A stretch of DNA of 34,243 nt. It comes from Octopus bimaculoides. Its lineage: Eukaryota. The stretch's first letter is position 1. The number at the start of each line of letters is the position of its first letter. Made by a program: the position numbers and the translations under genes. Shown piece by piece: positions 11,397 through 23,189 of the stretch. Below the pieces are notes generated by a model, which did not search any database, was not told where the DNA came from, and saw nothing but the letters and a program-made list of their open reading frames with translations. Location of the stretch: positions 39,379,907 through 39,414,149 of the forward strand of contig NC_068988.1 in the NCBI RefSeq assembly GCF_001194135.2. The letters are read 5' to 3'.

Positions 11397-12183
11397 NNNN
11401 NNNNNNNNNNNNNNNNNNNNNNNNNNNNNNNNNNNNNNNNNNNNNNNNNNNNNNNNNNNNNNNNNNNNNNNNNNNNNNNNNNNNNNNNNNNNNNNNNNNN
11501 NNNNNNNNNNNNNNNNNNNNNNNNNNNNNNNNNNNNNNNNNNNNNNNNNNNNNNNNNNNNNNNNNNNNNNNNNNNNNNNNNNNNNNNNNNNNNNNNNNNN
11601 NNNNNNNNNNNNNNNNNNNNNNNNNNNNNNNNNNNNNNNNNNNNNNNNNNNNNNNNNNNNNNNNNNNNNNNNNNNNNNNNNNNNNNNNNNNNNNNNNNNN
11701 NNNNNNNNNNNNNNNNNNNNNNNNNNNNNNNNNNNNNNNNNNNNNNNNNNNNNNNNNNNNNNNNNNNNNNNNNNNNNNNNNNNNNNNNNNNNNNNNNNNN
11801 NNNNNNNNNNNNNNNNNNNNNNNNNNNNNNNNNNNNNNNNNNNNNNNNNNNNNNNNNNNNNNNNNNNNNNNNNNNNNNNNNNNNNNNNNNNNNNNNNNNN
11901 NNNNNNNNNNNNNNNNNNNNNNNNNNNNNNNNNNNNNNNNNNNNNNNNNNNNNNNNNNNNNNNNNNNNNNNNNNNNNNNNNNNNNNNNNNNNNNNNNNNN
12001 NNNNNNNNNNNNNNNNNNNNNNNNNNNNNNNNNNNNNNNNNNNNNNNNNNNNNNNNNNNNNNNNNNNNNNNNNNNNNNNNNNNNNNNNNNNNNNNNNNNN
12101 NNNNNNNNNNNNNNNNNNNNNNNNNNNNNNNNNNNNNNNNNNNNNNNNNNNNNNNNNNNNNNNNNNNNNNNNNNNNNNNGGGG

Positions 12184-12230
12184 TGGGATAGAGGAGGAGA
12201 GAGGGGATGGGATAGAGGAGGAGAGAGGGA
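12184..12230. repeat. 24-bp G-rich tandem unit x2 at gap edge
   Basis: tgggatagaggaggagagagggga repeated; may continue into the gap. Confidence 0.8.
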
Positions 12231-12929
12231 TGCGAAATGAAAAAAATTAATTTCAATTCACTAAGAAATAATTAAATTCTACAGGAAATTGTTGTTTTCT
12301 TTTTACAGAAAACAACATCAACAACAAAGAAAGCTTTTATACGTTAAAGCAGGATAAACTCTTAGAGGGCGCACCAGTCGTGGTTAGTGTTAACAATAGG
12401 AACTATATGTTTGCATCTCAGTGTTTTTTTGCGTGTATGTGCTTGTGTGCTTGTATATATCTGAATGTGTTGGTGTGTTAGTGCGTAAGTATATCCATAC
12501 ACACATGCGTGCACATATATGTAATCATACTATAAACATATATTCATAATCTCACACACATACATTCACTCATACATACACACATACATATATACATACA
12601 CATATACATACATACATGCATGCATGCATACATGCATACATACATAGACAGATGATTAATAGATATGCATATATACGTAAATATGTGCGTATATAGAAAT
12701 TGTATGTAAAATCTCCAAAATATTAATTAATATAACATCATTTATATTTATATATTTTATATTATATAACTTTGATGTTATCATGCTTTATGTTTATTAT
12801 ATATTTTCTATTTATTTATTTATATCTTGGAATTGATACAAGCTGTAGCTTCCTTGATATGCTAATAATTACGATAACAAGAGACTGATTGATGGACAGA
12901 TGTTGTCAATGTGTTGCAGTATTTCTCTG

Positions 12930-13075
12930 AGGACTTTCTATAAAGTTATTCGACTTGCAAGAAATATCAACCAAATCACTATCAAATGAAGCCCTGTCGT
13001 CTTCCATAGAGAAGGATTCATTGGACAATGTAGCTGCCCATATACATAAAAAAGACGTGATAGTCATGGGTAATA
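12930..13075 (+). pseudogene. very old LINE APE-endonuclease fragment (RTE/CR1-like)
   Basis: With one frameshift: IRLARNINQITI / ALSSSIEKDSLDNVAAHIHKKDVIVMGN, resembling ITIIQVYAPT..E.K..FY..L...I....KKD.LIVMGD of LINE endonucleases. Confidence 0.4.
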
Positions 13076-13290
13076 TGCCTTTAGCCATAACTTAGCTCTG
13101 GAGGATGACTTGATGCTAAGCAAAGATGGCGTCCTGGTCATTAAGCGTAAAATCTAGTTAACCGAATATAACCCTTTTAAGCTTTCAAGGAACCTTCTCC
13201 AAGGTCGAAATAGTTGGTCAAATCTCCCTCAAACCACACCTTTTGTGCTTAAAAGAAGGTAAATAGGTATTGTAGTCCAGGTTATCCTAT

Positions 13291-13329
13291 ATGATAATAA
13301 TAATGATGATGATGATGATGATGATGATG

Positions 13330-13383
<54 letters not shown>
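13291..13383. repeat. (ATG)n-(ATA)n microsatellite
   Basis: Direct run. Confidence 0.95.
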
Positions 13384-13384
<1 letters not shown>

Positions 13385-13708
13385 CATGGAAATGACAGCG
13401 AAACGGGCTGATTACTACCTAGCTCAGATACCAGGAAACCCCAAAATGGCTGAAGTTCAAAAGATAGTGCTCATGGGAACTGCCCATATCTTACGTAAAA
13501 TACTGTCTATGTGATCTCAAATTTTAAAACAAACACATAATTGTCTTATGGTTTCTTAAACATTCTCTAGAACAACACTATGTACAAAACCAAATATATG
13601 GTACCCTAGGCATAACACCTACATGAACTTCTAACTTGTTATCTCTTGAGGTCTCTGGGTGAGACTTGGATCCAACTTGTACAAATGCAAAACAAAAGTC
13701 AAACATAA

Positions 13709-13740
<32 letters not shown>
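13384..13740 (+). mobile_element. R4/Dong-like RLE non-LTR retrotransposon 3' end (ORF C-terminus + 3'UTR + (TAA)n)
   Basis: 13386-13514 encodes MEMTAKRADYYLAQIPGNPKMAEVQKIVLMGTAHILRKILSM*, matching the QK.x.LGTAHILRK C-terminus of R4/Dong-type elements; (TAA)n on both sides. Confidence 0.75.
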
Positions 13741-13806
13741 TAAATATCAAGTCATCCTCCAAAGAGCTAGTTACGGCTAAAGGCATATTACCCATGTCCA
13801 TTAAGC

Positions 13807-14021
13807 CAAATTTTAAAACAAACTCATAATTTTCTCATGTTTTCTTAAACATTCGCTAGAACAATACTATGTACAAAACCAAATACATGACACCCTAGGC
13901 ATAACACCAACATGAACTGATAACTTGTGGTATCTTGAGGTCATTGGGTGAGTCTTGGAGCCAACTTGTACAAATACAAAGCAAAAGTCAATAATAATAA
14001 CTATAATAATAATAATAATAA
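13807..14021 (+). mobile_element. second R4/Dong-like 3'UTR copy with (TAA)n tail
   Basis: Aligns end to end with 13518-13706 (about 21 differences in about 185 bp by hand count). Confidence 0.8.
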
Positions 14022-14029
14022 TGCTTTCT

Positions 14030-14144
14030 TTTATGGGGGAGGGGGCTAGTCGATTTCATCTACCCCAGTGCTCAACTGATACTTATTTCAAAGCATTTTG
14101 CCCGGTGCGATAACGATTCTGCCAGCTCGTCACCGTATCCGAAA
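14030..14144 (-). mobile_element. SINE family A, internally deleted
   Basis: gggggctagtcgatttcatctaccccagtgctcaactgatacttattt joined directly to aagcattttgcccggtgcgataacgattctgccagctcg. Confidence 0.8.
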
Positions 14145-14159
14145 ATAATAATAATTCAT

Positions 14160-14345
14160 TCTAATATAGGCTAAATTTTGTTTTGGGAGTAGTCAATTAC
14201 ATCGGCCCCTGTGCTTTATTTCGTCGATCCCGAAAGAATGAAATGGAAAGTTAATCATGGGTGGATTTAATCAAAGCGTAATAAGCAGAGACAAATACTG
14301 CGAGGTATTTTGACTAACCCTCTAACGATTCGGCCAAACCACTTA
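14160..14345 (-). mobile_element. SINE family A, old copy
   Basis: agtcaattacatcggcccc...gtcgatcccgaaagaatgaaa...ctctaacgattcggcc. Confidence 0.7.
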
Positions 14346-14369
14346 CATTTTAGATAAAATTTTTCTTGT

Positions 14370-14571
14370 TTAGGTGCAAGGCCTGAAGTTTATGGGGAAG
14401 GCTTCTTCAATGAAATCGAGATCGGTTCTTGACTAGGACATTATTTTTGTCAACTTCAAAAGGACGAAAGCGAAGTTGACATCGGTGGGATTCGAACTCG
14501 GAATGTAAGAAGCTGGAACAATCGCTGTAATGCATTTTCCCGACGCTCTAACGATTCTGCCAATCCACTGC
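14370..14571 (-). mobile_element. SINE family A
   Basis: ggtgcaaggcctgaag...aaaggacgaaagcgaagttgacatcggtgggattcgaactcgg...ctctaacgattctgccaatcc. Confidence 0.8.
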
Positions 14572-14574
14572 TGC

Positions 14575-15300
14575 TGTGATGGCCCAACTTTCCAAACGGG
14601 CATGGGACAACAATAAGCTGAGCAAGACCACAAAAATGAAGATTTACCAGGCATGTGTACCTAGCACTCTACTGTATGGCAGTGAGATCTGGACGCCATA
14701 CACACGCCAAGAGCGACGCCTAAATATCTTTCACCTGCGCTGCCACCGGAAAATTTTTGACATCAAATGGCAGAATCGTGTCCTCAACAAAGATGTCTTC
14801 AAGCAAGCAGGAATACCAAATATATTTGCACTCCTCAAAAAAAGACGTATGAGATGGTTTGGACATGTTAGTCGTATGGAAGATGGCAGAATCCCCAAGG
14901 ACATACTCTTCGGAGATGCTTGCTAGGGGCACCAGGTCTGTGGGAAGACCATTTTTACGATACAAGGATGTCTGCAAAAGGGACATGAAGGCCTGCGACA
15001 TCAGTATTAGTAACTGAGAAGCGGTTGCCAGCAATCGTAGAAGAGGGAACACAAAGGAGTGACAGATGGAGAGAGAAACAGAAAGACTAGAAAAGACGTC
15101 AGCAAGAAACTATGACATTACAAGCAGCCAGGCTAAGTCTTCGCTACATTTGCGGCAACTGCCAGAAGGAGTGTTTGTGAAGGATAGGACTACACAGTCA
15201 TAGCAGAAGATGTATTAGGACATGAAATGTAAAAACCGGACTAGATTATTTTATGCGCAAGTTCATTGTCTCCCGGGATAAAAGGATGCCAACAACAACT
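14575..15300 (+). mobile_element. RTE-clade LINE, 5'-truncated 3' end (RT thumb, C-terminal Zn finger, (CAA)n tail)
   Basis: TKMKIYQACVPSTLLYGSEIWT...RWFGHVSRMEDGRIPKDILFG / RGTRSVGRPFLRYKDVCKRDMK / YICGNCQKECL*RIGLHSHSRRC; ends attgtctcccgggataaaaggatgccaacaacaac. Confidence 0.92.
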
Positions 15301-16641
15301 GCTCTAATACTTTCTAGNNNNNNNNNNNNNNNNNNNNNNNNNNNNNNNNNNNNNNNNNNNNNNNNNNNNNNNNNNNNNNNNNNNNNNNNNNNNNNNNNNN
15401 NNNNNNNNNNNNNNNNNNNNNNNNNNNNNNNNNNNNNNNNNNNNNNNNNNNNNNNNNNNNNNNNNNNNNNNNNNNNNNNNNNNNNNNNNNNNNNNNNNNN
15501 NNNNNNNNNNNNNNNNNNNNNNNNNNNNNNNNNNNNNNNNNNNNNNNNNNNNNNNNNNNNNNNNNNNNNNNNNNNNNNNNNNNNNNNNNNNNNNNNNNNN
15601 NNNNNNNNNNNNNNNNNNNNNNNNNNNNNNNNNNNNNNNNNNNNNNNNNNNNNNNNNNNNNNNNNNNNNNNNNNNNNNNNNNNNNNNNNNNNNNNNNNNN
15701 NNNNNNNNNNNNNNNNNNNNNNNNNNNNNNNNNNNNNNNNNNNNNNNNNNNNNNNNNNNNNNNNNNNNNNNNNNNNNNNNNNNNNNNNNNNNNNNNNNNN
15801 NNNNNNNNNNNNNNNNNNNNNNNNNNNNNNNNNNNNNNNNNNNNNNNNNNNNNNNNNNNNNNNNNNNNNNNNNNNNNNNNNNNNNNNNNNNNNNNNNNNN
15901 NNNNNNNNNNNNNNNNNNNNNNNNNNNNNNNNNNNNNNNNNNNNNNNNNNNNNNNNNNNNNNNNNNNNNNNNNNNNNNNNNNNNNNNNNNNNNNNNNNNN
16001 NNNNNNNNNNNNNNNNNNNNNNNNNNNNNNNNNNNNNNNNNNNNNNNNNNNNNNNNNNNNNNNNNNNNNNNNNNNNNNNNNNNNNNNNNNNNNNNNNNNN
16101 NNNNNNNNNNNNNNNNNNNNNNNNNNNNNNNNNNNNNNNNNNNNNNNNNNNNNNNNNNNNNNNNNNNNNNNNNNNNNNNNNNNNNNNNNNNNNNNNNNNN
16201 NNNNNNNNNNNNNNNNNNNNNNNNNNNNNNNNNNNNNNGCGTAAAGTTTGCAAGGTGAAAAAAAGATAGGCAATACTGAAGTTGGAAGGCATTAAATACT
16301 TTTTCTAAATAACTGAAATTTCAATAGAAAACATCTGCTTTCTTTGTATCTTAATTTTTGCATTTCTAGGATTTCCGAATTTCAAAAACCAGGTTTATCT
16401 TCAGTTTATGTACACATATTTTTAAGCCAATAAGAAATTAGTAGTGCATGGGTAATCTTCAGTAATGTTACCTCCGAGAAATAATATACCAAACTCGGCC
16501 GTTGAGAGTAACATATTTTGTTACCAGTTGTTACCAGAGAACTTGAATCAGCGACCCATTAGGAGGTTGTTCTTTACTCGGTCGGTTTGTCTGTGACAGT
16601 TTTTAAAATTTATTATATAAAGTCTTAATAAGAATAATCCT

Positions 16642-16802
16642 TTCTGCTTTAGGCATAAGGTTCGATATGTTCTGGGAGGGAGCTTGTCGATTACATCAAT
16701 TCCAGTGATGCGTATTTCACCGACCTGGAAACGAGGAAAAGCAAAGCTGACCTCAGCAGAATTTGAACCCAAACGTAAAGACGGACAAGATGCCGGTAAG
16801 CA
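16642..16802 (-). mobile_element. SINE family A
   Basis: gtcgattacatcaattccagtg...gcaaagctgacctcagcagaatttgaacccaaacgtaaagacggac. Confidence 0.8.
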
Positions 16803-16879
16803 ACAACAACAATATCAGGTTTTCATTACACTCCGCCTCCATTACAGAGATTCGTGGCACTGAAGTGCATCCTACGATA

Positions 16880-17985
16880 CGATTCGATACTTATTCTGAA
16901 CAGTCGAGTACATTGCCACTAAAAAGACGCACATATCTGTTTCGGATCTTGTAGCAGGCCGTCGTTATGATCCACCAAAGACCGAATTGTGGATTTGTTG
17001 CAACGTTGCGTATCTGTCACCCAGGGCCATCGAAAGGATTTTATTTATTTGTAATCCAGAGCAAGCACTTTAGCTCCGACAACAAAACCAACCACGCCTT
17101 CGACAACAAATCAGCCACACTCCTTTTAAGTTTTTAACTAGATCTCCCTCTAACCTAGTTTTTTCTTATCTCTAGTCTCTTACTGAAGCTTATCGATTCA
17201 GTTGTAAATGCTCTCTTTAGGACGAACGATCATTTGATGTTGACGATTGCACCCCCTCAACAGTCGCTGAACTACTTCGATAATCTGTTCGTCGTAAGCT
17301 TTGCACGTTGAGAAAGATGCCTTCAGCTTCCTTTAAACTACAAAACCTAATTAGGAAAATCGCATAAATTTCCAATTGGTAGTTCATGTAGTCGGTGACT
17401 TTAAATTGCGGACAACTCACTCTGTACCTAACTACCGACCTGCAGAATAGTCTGTCTAGACACGATCTTGAAGAACAAATGTATTTGGGCTCTGACCACA
17501 ACGTTTAAAGGCTTTAGTGAAGCATTTTCATCTTTTCTGATATTGACATCTCCACACATCATACATCTAAGACGCCGTTCTAATTTCCCACTAACACGAA
17601 AATGTAAGACGTTTCTAGGAAAGACTAAATGAGCGAAGAAATCTGGCCGTCCGCTCTTATTGCCGAGTTGACGGCCACAGGTAAGAAAGTCTGACTTCCA
17701 CTGTTGTTTACGTCCAGCATTATCCACTGACCATATGAGTCCAAAAAGTGACAGCCTGTATTGGGAGATCCAGGCCTTCTGAAATAGCACTGCGATTCTA
17801 CCTCCAAATCCAGGTCGATTTGGAGATGCGCACACCTCATAGCCGCCGATGTTGGGCATGAACACTCGTACCTCGGAAATTTTGGTCCCATTGATTGTCA
17901 TCACGTCTATGTCTAGTGACATGTCATTAGACAGATACACATGCAGCGCTCCCGATGACCGATCTTTGAATTTCTAAGGTTACAG
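16880..17985 (-). pseudogene. L1/Tx1-clade LINE ORF2 N-terminus (APE endonuclease + linker), frameshifted
   Basis: Across frames: SLDIDVMTINGTK..GFGGRIAVLFQK / GQWIMLDVNNSGSQTFLPVAVNS / GRPDFF / SRSCLDRLFCRS..VSCPQF / GAIVNIK*SFVLKRAF / GFVVGAKVLAL / KSTIRSLVDHNDGLLQDPKQICASF, in collinear order for an L1/Tx1 ORF2. Confidence 0.75.
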
Positions 17986-18673
17986 ATCAATTTTCTGGAA
18001 AAAAAAAAGCAAACAAATGTACTGCGAAAGACTTGAGCGTGTGATGGCATGTAGATTAGTGAGCGACATTAGCAGTTATAAAATAGATTGGTCTAAGACA
18101 GAACACGTCTACTCTTATATTACTAGTTTCAAAAAGTGAAACATCTGTTTCTCGAAGTATAACATTTAATTATGGTACTTTAAAAATTTTCAGCAACTGA
18201 TCGAAATTGGTGAATTCTTGCAGACATTTCCATCTCTAATTAATACCAACTACTCGTGTGTCTAAAATATTTTATTTTTGCATAGTGGTTTTGCAACACT
18301 ATGAAACAAAATTGAAGAATTAAAAAAAACAAAAACAAAAAAAAAACCAAAAAGAAAAAAAGAAGGAAAAGCAAGAAGACAAAGAAACACTTATTCATCA
18401 ACTTATCAACACTGAAACTCCATGAAGGCAAAATGCTTTTCCTGCTTAAGTGTAGTTTATGTAGAAAGTACTCAAAATATGGAAATAACACAAATCATTA
18501 AATTAATGTATGTTGTATTTCCTAACAGTTTTGACATCGAATCATCATCATACATCCATGTCGTGAGCGTAATCACCTTTCAAAGTAATTACGAATATCT
18601 TTGCTTATATATTGTCATGTTGCTTCCTTAGATAAATCATTTGAATAATAAGTGTGTATGCATGTATCTATGT

Positions 18674-18706
18674 TCACACACACACGCACACAAAGACACA
18701 CACACA

Positions 18707-18762
<56 letters not shown>
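18674..18762. repeat. (CA)n microsatellite running into gap
   Basis: Direct run. Confidence 0.95.
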
Positions 18763-20471
18763 NNNNNNNNNNNNNNNNNNNNNNNNNNNNNNNNNNNNNN
18801 NNNNNNNNNNNNNNNNNNNNNNNNNNNNNNNNNNNNNNNNNNNNNNNNNNNNNNNNNNNNNNNNNNNNNNNNNNNNNNNNNNNNNNNNNNNNNNNNNNNN
18901 NNNNNNNNNNNNNNNNNNNNNNNNNNNNNNNNNNNNNNNNNNNNNNNNNNNNNNNNNNNNNNNNNNNNNNNNNNNNNNNNNNNNNNNNNNNNNNNNNNNN
19001 NNNNNNNNNNNNNNNNNNNNNNNNNNNNNNNNNNNNNNNNNNNNNNNNNNNNNNNNNNNNNNNNNNNNNNNNNNNNNNNNNNNNNNNNNNNNNNNNNNNN
19101 NNNNNNNNNNNNNNNNNNNNNNNNNNNNNNNNNNNNNNNNNNNNNNNNNNNNNNNNNNNNNNNNNNNNNNNNNNNNNNNNNNNNNNNNNNNNNNNNNNNN
19201 NNNNNNNNNNNNNNNNNNNNNNNNNNNNNNNNNNNNNNNNNNNNNNNNNNNNNNNNNNNNNNNNNNNNNNNNNNNNNNNNNNNNNNNNNNNNNNNNNNNN
19301 NNNNNNNNNNNNNNNNNNNNNNNNNNNNNNNNNNNNNNNNNNNNNNNNNNNNNNNNNNNNNNNNNNNNNNNNNNNNNNNNNNNNNNNNNNNNNNNNNNNN
19401 NNNNNNNNNNNNNNNNNNNNNNNNNNNNNNNNNNNNNNNNNNNNNNNNNNNNNNNNNNNNNNNNNNNNNNNNNNNNNNNNNNNNNNNNNNNNNNNNNNNN
19501 NNNNNNNNNNNNNNNNNNNNNNNNNNNNNNNNNNNNNNNNNNNNNNNNNNNNNNNNNNNNNNNNNNNNNNNNNNNNNNNNNNNNNNNTATATATATATAT
19601 ATATGCACAAACACATATAAATGTATATATTTAAATGTGTACATACATACAGATAGATAGATAGACAGACAGATAGTCAGACTAACAGTTCATTAATTAG
19701 TTACGTAATGAATTAATTAGATAGATATTTACTTAGTTATCTGATGTATCCGCATTAATAATTTAACCGGACATTTTACATATATTAGGCTAAATAAATC
19801 AACAATAATAGCAAAGACAACATATAAGTTTTTTCTTCCTGATATACTTCCCGTATTTCGAAGAATAAATAAGATACTAAAATAATAATAATAATAATAA
19901 TAATCTCTCACCCAAAGTTTAAAAAGAATTAAAATCAAAAGAATGTGTTACGGTGGAAGGAAGGAAAGGGTAGAATGAACCCCAAATGTAAGAACGAAAA
20001 TAGATGTTCCGAATAGTTTTAAGAAGATCTATAAAAAACCCAGTGTGTGTGTGTTCTTGCATTTCAAAGCGCATAAACGAGGAATAAAAGTCTTTGAGAA
20101 AAAAAAAAAAAAAAAAAAAAAAACAGAAAAAAGGGGTTAGGTTTTCATAGGGAAATACTTGGCACGATAAAAATAGTTAACAACTCCGCAACTTCTTTTG
20201 CTTTCTCTTTCTCTCTCTCTTTCTGTCTCTGTGTCGCTTTCTCCTCATTATAATTATTTCTCTGTATCTTTATTTCCACACATTTTCTGACTCTATTTCA
20301 TATCCTTTTCCTTGTTCTGTTTCTTTTTTTACTTTTCTTTATTACTTTTCATCAGTGCAAACACACACACACACACATACACTCACACACACAAATAATA
20401 TATACCCATTCACAACCGCAAAAGTATGCTTGTGTGTGAATGTATGTATATATATATATATATATATATAT

Positions 20472-20627
20472 TGTCCATCCAAACATGAATAAGCAAGAAA
20501 AAACAACAACACAAGGACGTGGAATAAGTACAGTGTTATTGGACGCTCAGGAAAGGAAAGAACAGAAAGAGGATTTCACGTTTCGAGCAGAGCTCTTCAT
20601 CAGAAATATAGAAAAAGTTCAAAGAAG
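20472..20627 (-). mobile_element. probable Penelope-like element terminal fragment abutting (TA)n
   Basis: Starts at the edge of a (TA)n run and carries a hammerhead motif on the minus strand; PLE identity is inferred. Confidence 0.5.
20573..20607 (-). ncRNA. minimal type-I hammerhead ribozyme motif (G at cleavage position)
   Basis: Minus strand ATTT CTGATGA A GAGC-TCT-GCTC GAAA CG T G AAAT: intact core, 4-bp stem II, palindromic ACGT stem III, 4-bp stem I; triplet GUG is non-canonical. Confidence 0.7.
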
Positions 20628-20772
20628 NNNNNNNNNNNNNNNNNNNNNNNNNNNNNNNNNNNNNNNNNNNNNNNNNNNNNNNNNNNNNNNNNNNNNNNNN
20701 NNNNNNNNNNNNNNNNNNNNTATATATATATATATATATGCACGTACAGACATACAAACATACATGCATATC

Positions 20773-20811
<39 letters not shown>

Positions 20812-21084
20812 ACAATCACGCACACATATATACTTACATACACATATATAAATACATAGTAGATACTGTTATATGACAGGACACACTCTGATACTTTTCA
20901 TCGTTGAATCAAAGATAATAACCCGTCAAAAGCCCTGGGAAGAACAAACTGTCCTAAAACAGCAAACTCAAAAAGGAATCCCCCCTTCCTTCAGGGGTGC
21001 ATAAAAACCAACCTAGGAGCTTACTGATAGATATGAGCAATTCAAGACTGGTGATATATCGGATAGACTATACTCTAGTCTAAT

Positions 21085-21342
21085 CAGTGTTTCTCAACAA
21101 TTTTCTTTTTACTTATGGACCCCTTTGATTTCTAGTTTACTCGGATGGACTCTTTTAGCCATTCGATCATTAAAACATCCTATTATATTTTTATAATCAA
21201 ATATTATTATGATTTGTATAAATAAATTGTTAAAATATTTTCTGTATTGTAGAAGTATAACCAATCTATTGCGGATGAATTTCAACTAGAATATCTGATA
21301 TGGATCCCTAAGGGCCATATCGACTCCGGTTGAGAACCATTA
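21085..21342. mobile_element. hAT (Charlie-like) MITE, about 258 bp
   Basis: Left end cagtgtttctcaac, right end gttgagaaccatta; subterminal ggaccc/ggatccc; CTA(G)-containing flanks, but the 8-bp TSD is eroded. Confidence 0.7.
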
Positions 21343-21867
21343 AACTAGAGGAAATCCGTTATTAAAGTTTCACACATATTTGAGAAAGGGGAGATTAAAC
21401 ATACCGAGCTGAAATGTTACCTTATATAATGAGCTCCGTTACAAATCTGGATGTGTGGTACACGTGGATATGTTCTTTTGAAAACAGGGCTCGTTCACTA
21501 CATGAAGTCATTTATATACTGCTTGGAATAATCAGAGTTGTTTTAACAGGATTATAGGCCTGTGAATAAATCAGTAAACTGGGCTCTTTAACATTTATTT
21601 ATTGATAACAGGCAACAGCACAAATAGATTAAAATCGGGCACCTAGATCAATGAGGGACCCGGAAAACTGCTCATTGTGCTCAAGATTTAAGACGGCAGT
21701 GGGAACTACATACGTCTACTAATATCCTACGTATATATTCAAATATACACCCTGAACAGTGTGCCATTAAGTAAACAAACACGGACTTTGAGAATACAAA
21801 TGAGCATTACTGTCATCTCACAGTCGTGCCAACTCAAACATGTCACATAATAGTGAGTATGTACTTG

Positions 21868-21904
<37 letters not shown>

Positions 21905-21954
21905 TATATATATACATGTGTGTGCGTGTGTATCTACATACACACACAAACATA

Positions 21955-22010
21955 GAGCATTTCACTCAAGATCGCACGATCGTGGTTTCGAATCCTGGCG
22001 GCTATGTGAA
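21955..22010 (+). mobile_element. tRNA-like SINE head fragment (family B-like)
   Basis: ttcactcaagatcgcacgatcgtggtttcgaatcctgg with B-box GTTTCGAATCC; no complete cloverleaf. Confidence 0.45.
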
Positions 22011-22496
22011 GCTGTTGGAAACTATGGTTAAATTCTAGCTTGATAGGGTTATTGCGCCCAGAAGAGACATACATGTATACATGCATGCATACAGATAGGT
22101 TTGGTCCTACAAGCGGAAGAAAAGTACTCAACACCTAAATCGTCCAAAGCTGATAATTCACTCGTTCTTAATTCAAAGTCCCAGATATTTTTACATTCAT
22201 TTAAAGAAATGCATCTGGTTTCTGTTTAGCTCAGATGAAACAAAACATTTCTTTCTTTGAGATTCCAGCAATATTTCATGGAGAATCTTTTTCACATCAT
22301 CTTGAACAAGAGGATTGTTACACAGACATGTAGACGTGTTGAAGAGAGGAGGGGAAGAATATCTACGTGGAATGAGTATAGCTTGATGTTTTGTGAAGTC
22401 TTTAGAGTATATTCTGTTACATTCCTGGAAGTCAAAGAAGTCAGAATTATTTATCAGAAACATATTGAGTAAACGTTGTGGAGACATCTTGTTGGC

Positions 22497-23086
22497 GCTA
22501 CTACTACTACTACTACTACTACTACTGCTGCTGCTGTTATCTTGCTGCTACTGCTGCTGCTACTACTACTACGACTACTACTACTACTACGACTACTACT
22601 ACTATTACTGCGACTGCTGCTGCTACTACTACTACAACTACTACTACCACCACNNNNNNNNNNNNNNNNNNNNNNNNNNNNNNNNNNNNNNNNNNNNNNN
22701 NNNNNNNNNNNNNNNNNNNNNNNNNNNNNNNNNNNNNNNNNNNNNNNNNNNNNNNNNNNNNNNNNNNNNNNNNNNNNNNNNNNNNNNNNNNNNNNNNNNN
22801 NNNNNNNNNNNNNNNNNNNNNNNNNNNNNNNNNNNNNNNNNNNNNNNNNNNNNNNNNNNNNNNNNNNNNNNNNNNNNNNNNNNNNNNNNNNNNNNNNNNN
22901 NNNNNNNNNNNNNNNNNNNNNNNNNNNNNNNNNNNNNNNNNNNNNNNNNNNNNNNNNNNNNNNNNNNNNNNNNNNNNNNNNNNNNNNNNNNNNNNNNNNN
23001 NNNNNNNNNNNNNNNNNNNNNNNNNNNNNNNNNNNNNNNATGTATATACTACTAATACTACTACTACTACCACCACCACCACCACC

Positions 23087-23120
<34 letters not shown>

Positions 23121-23152
23121 TTGCTGCTGCTGCTGCTACTACAACTACTACC

Positions 23153-23189
<37 letters not shown>

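Noticed and set aside
22197-22487. 96-aa minus ORF with SSPPLFN and QDDVK recalling RT motifs
   Set aside because: Motifs are degenerate and far too close together; no family can be assigned.
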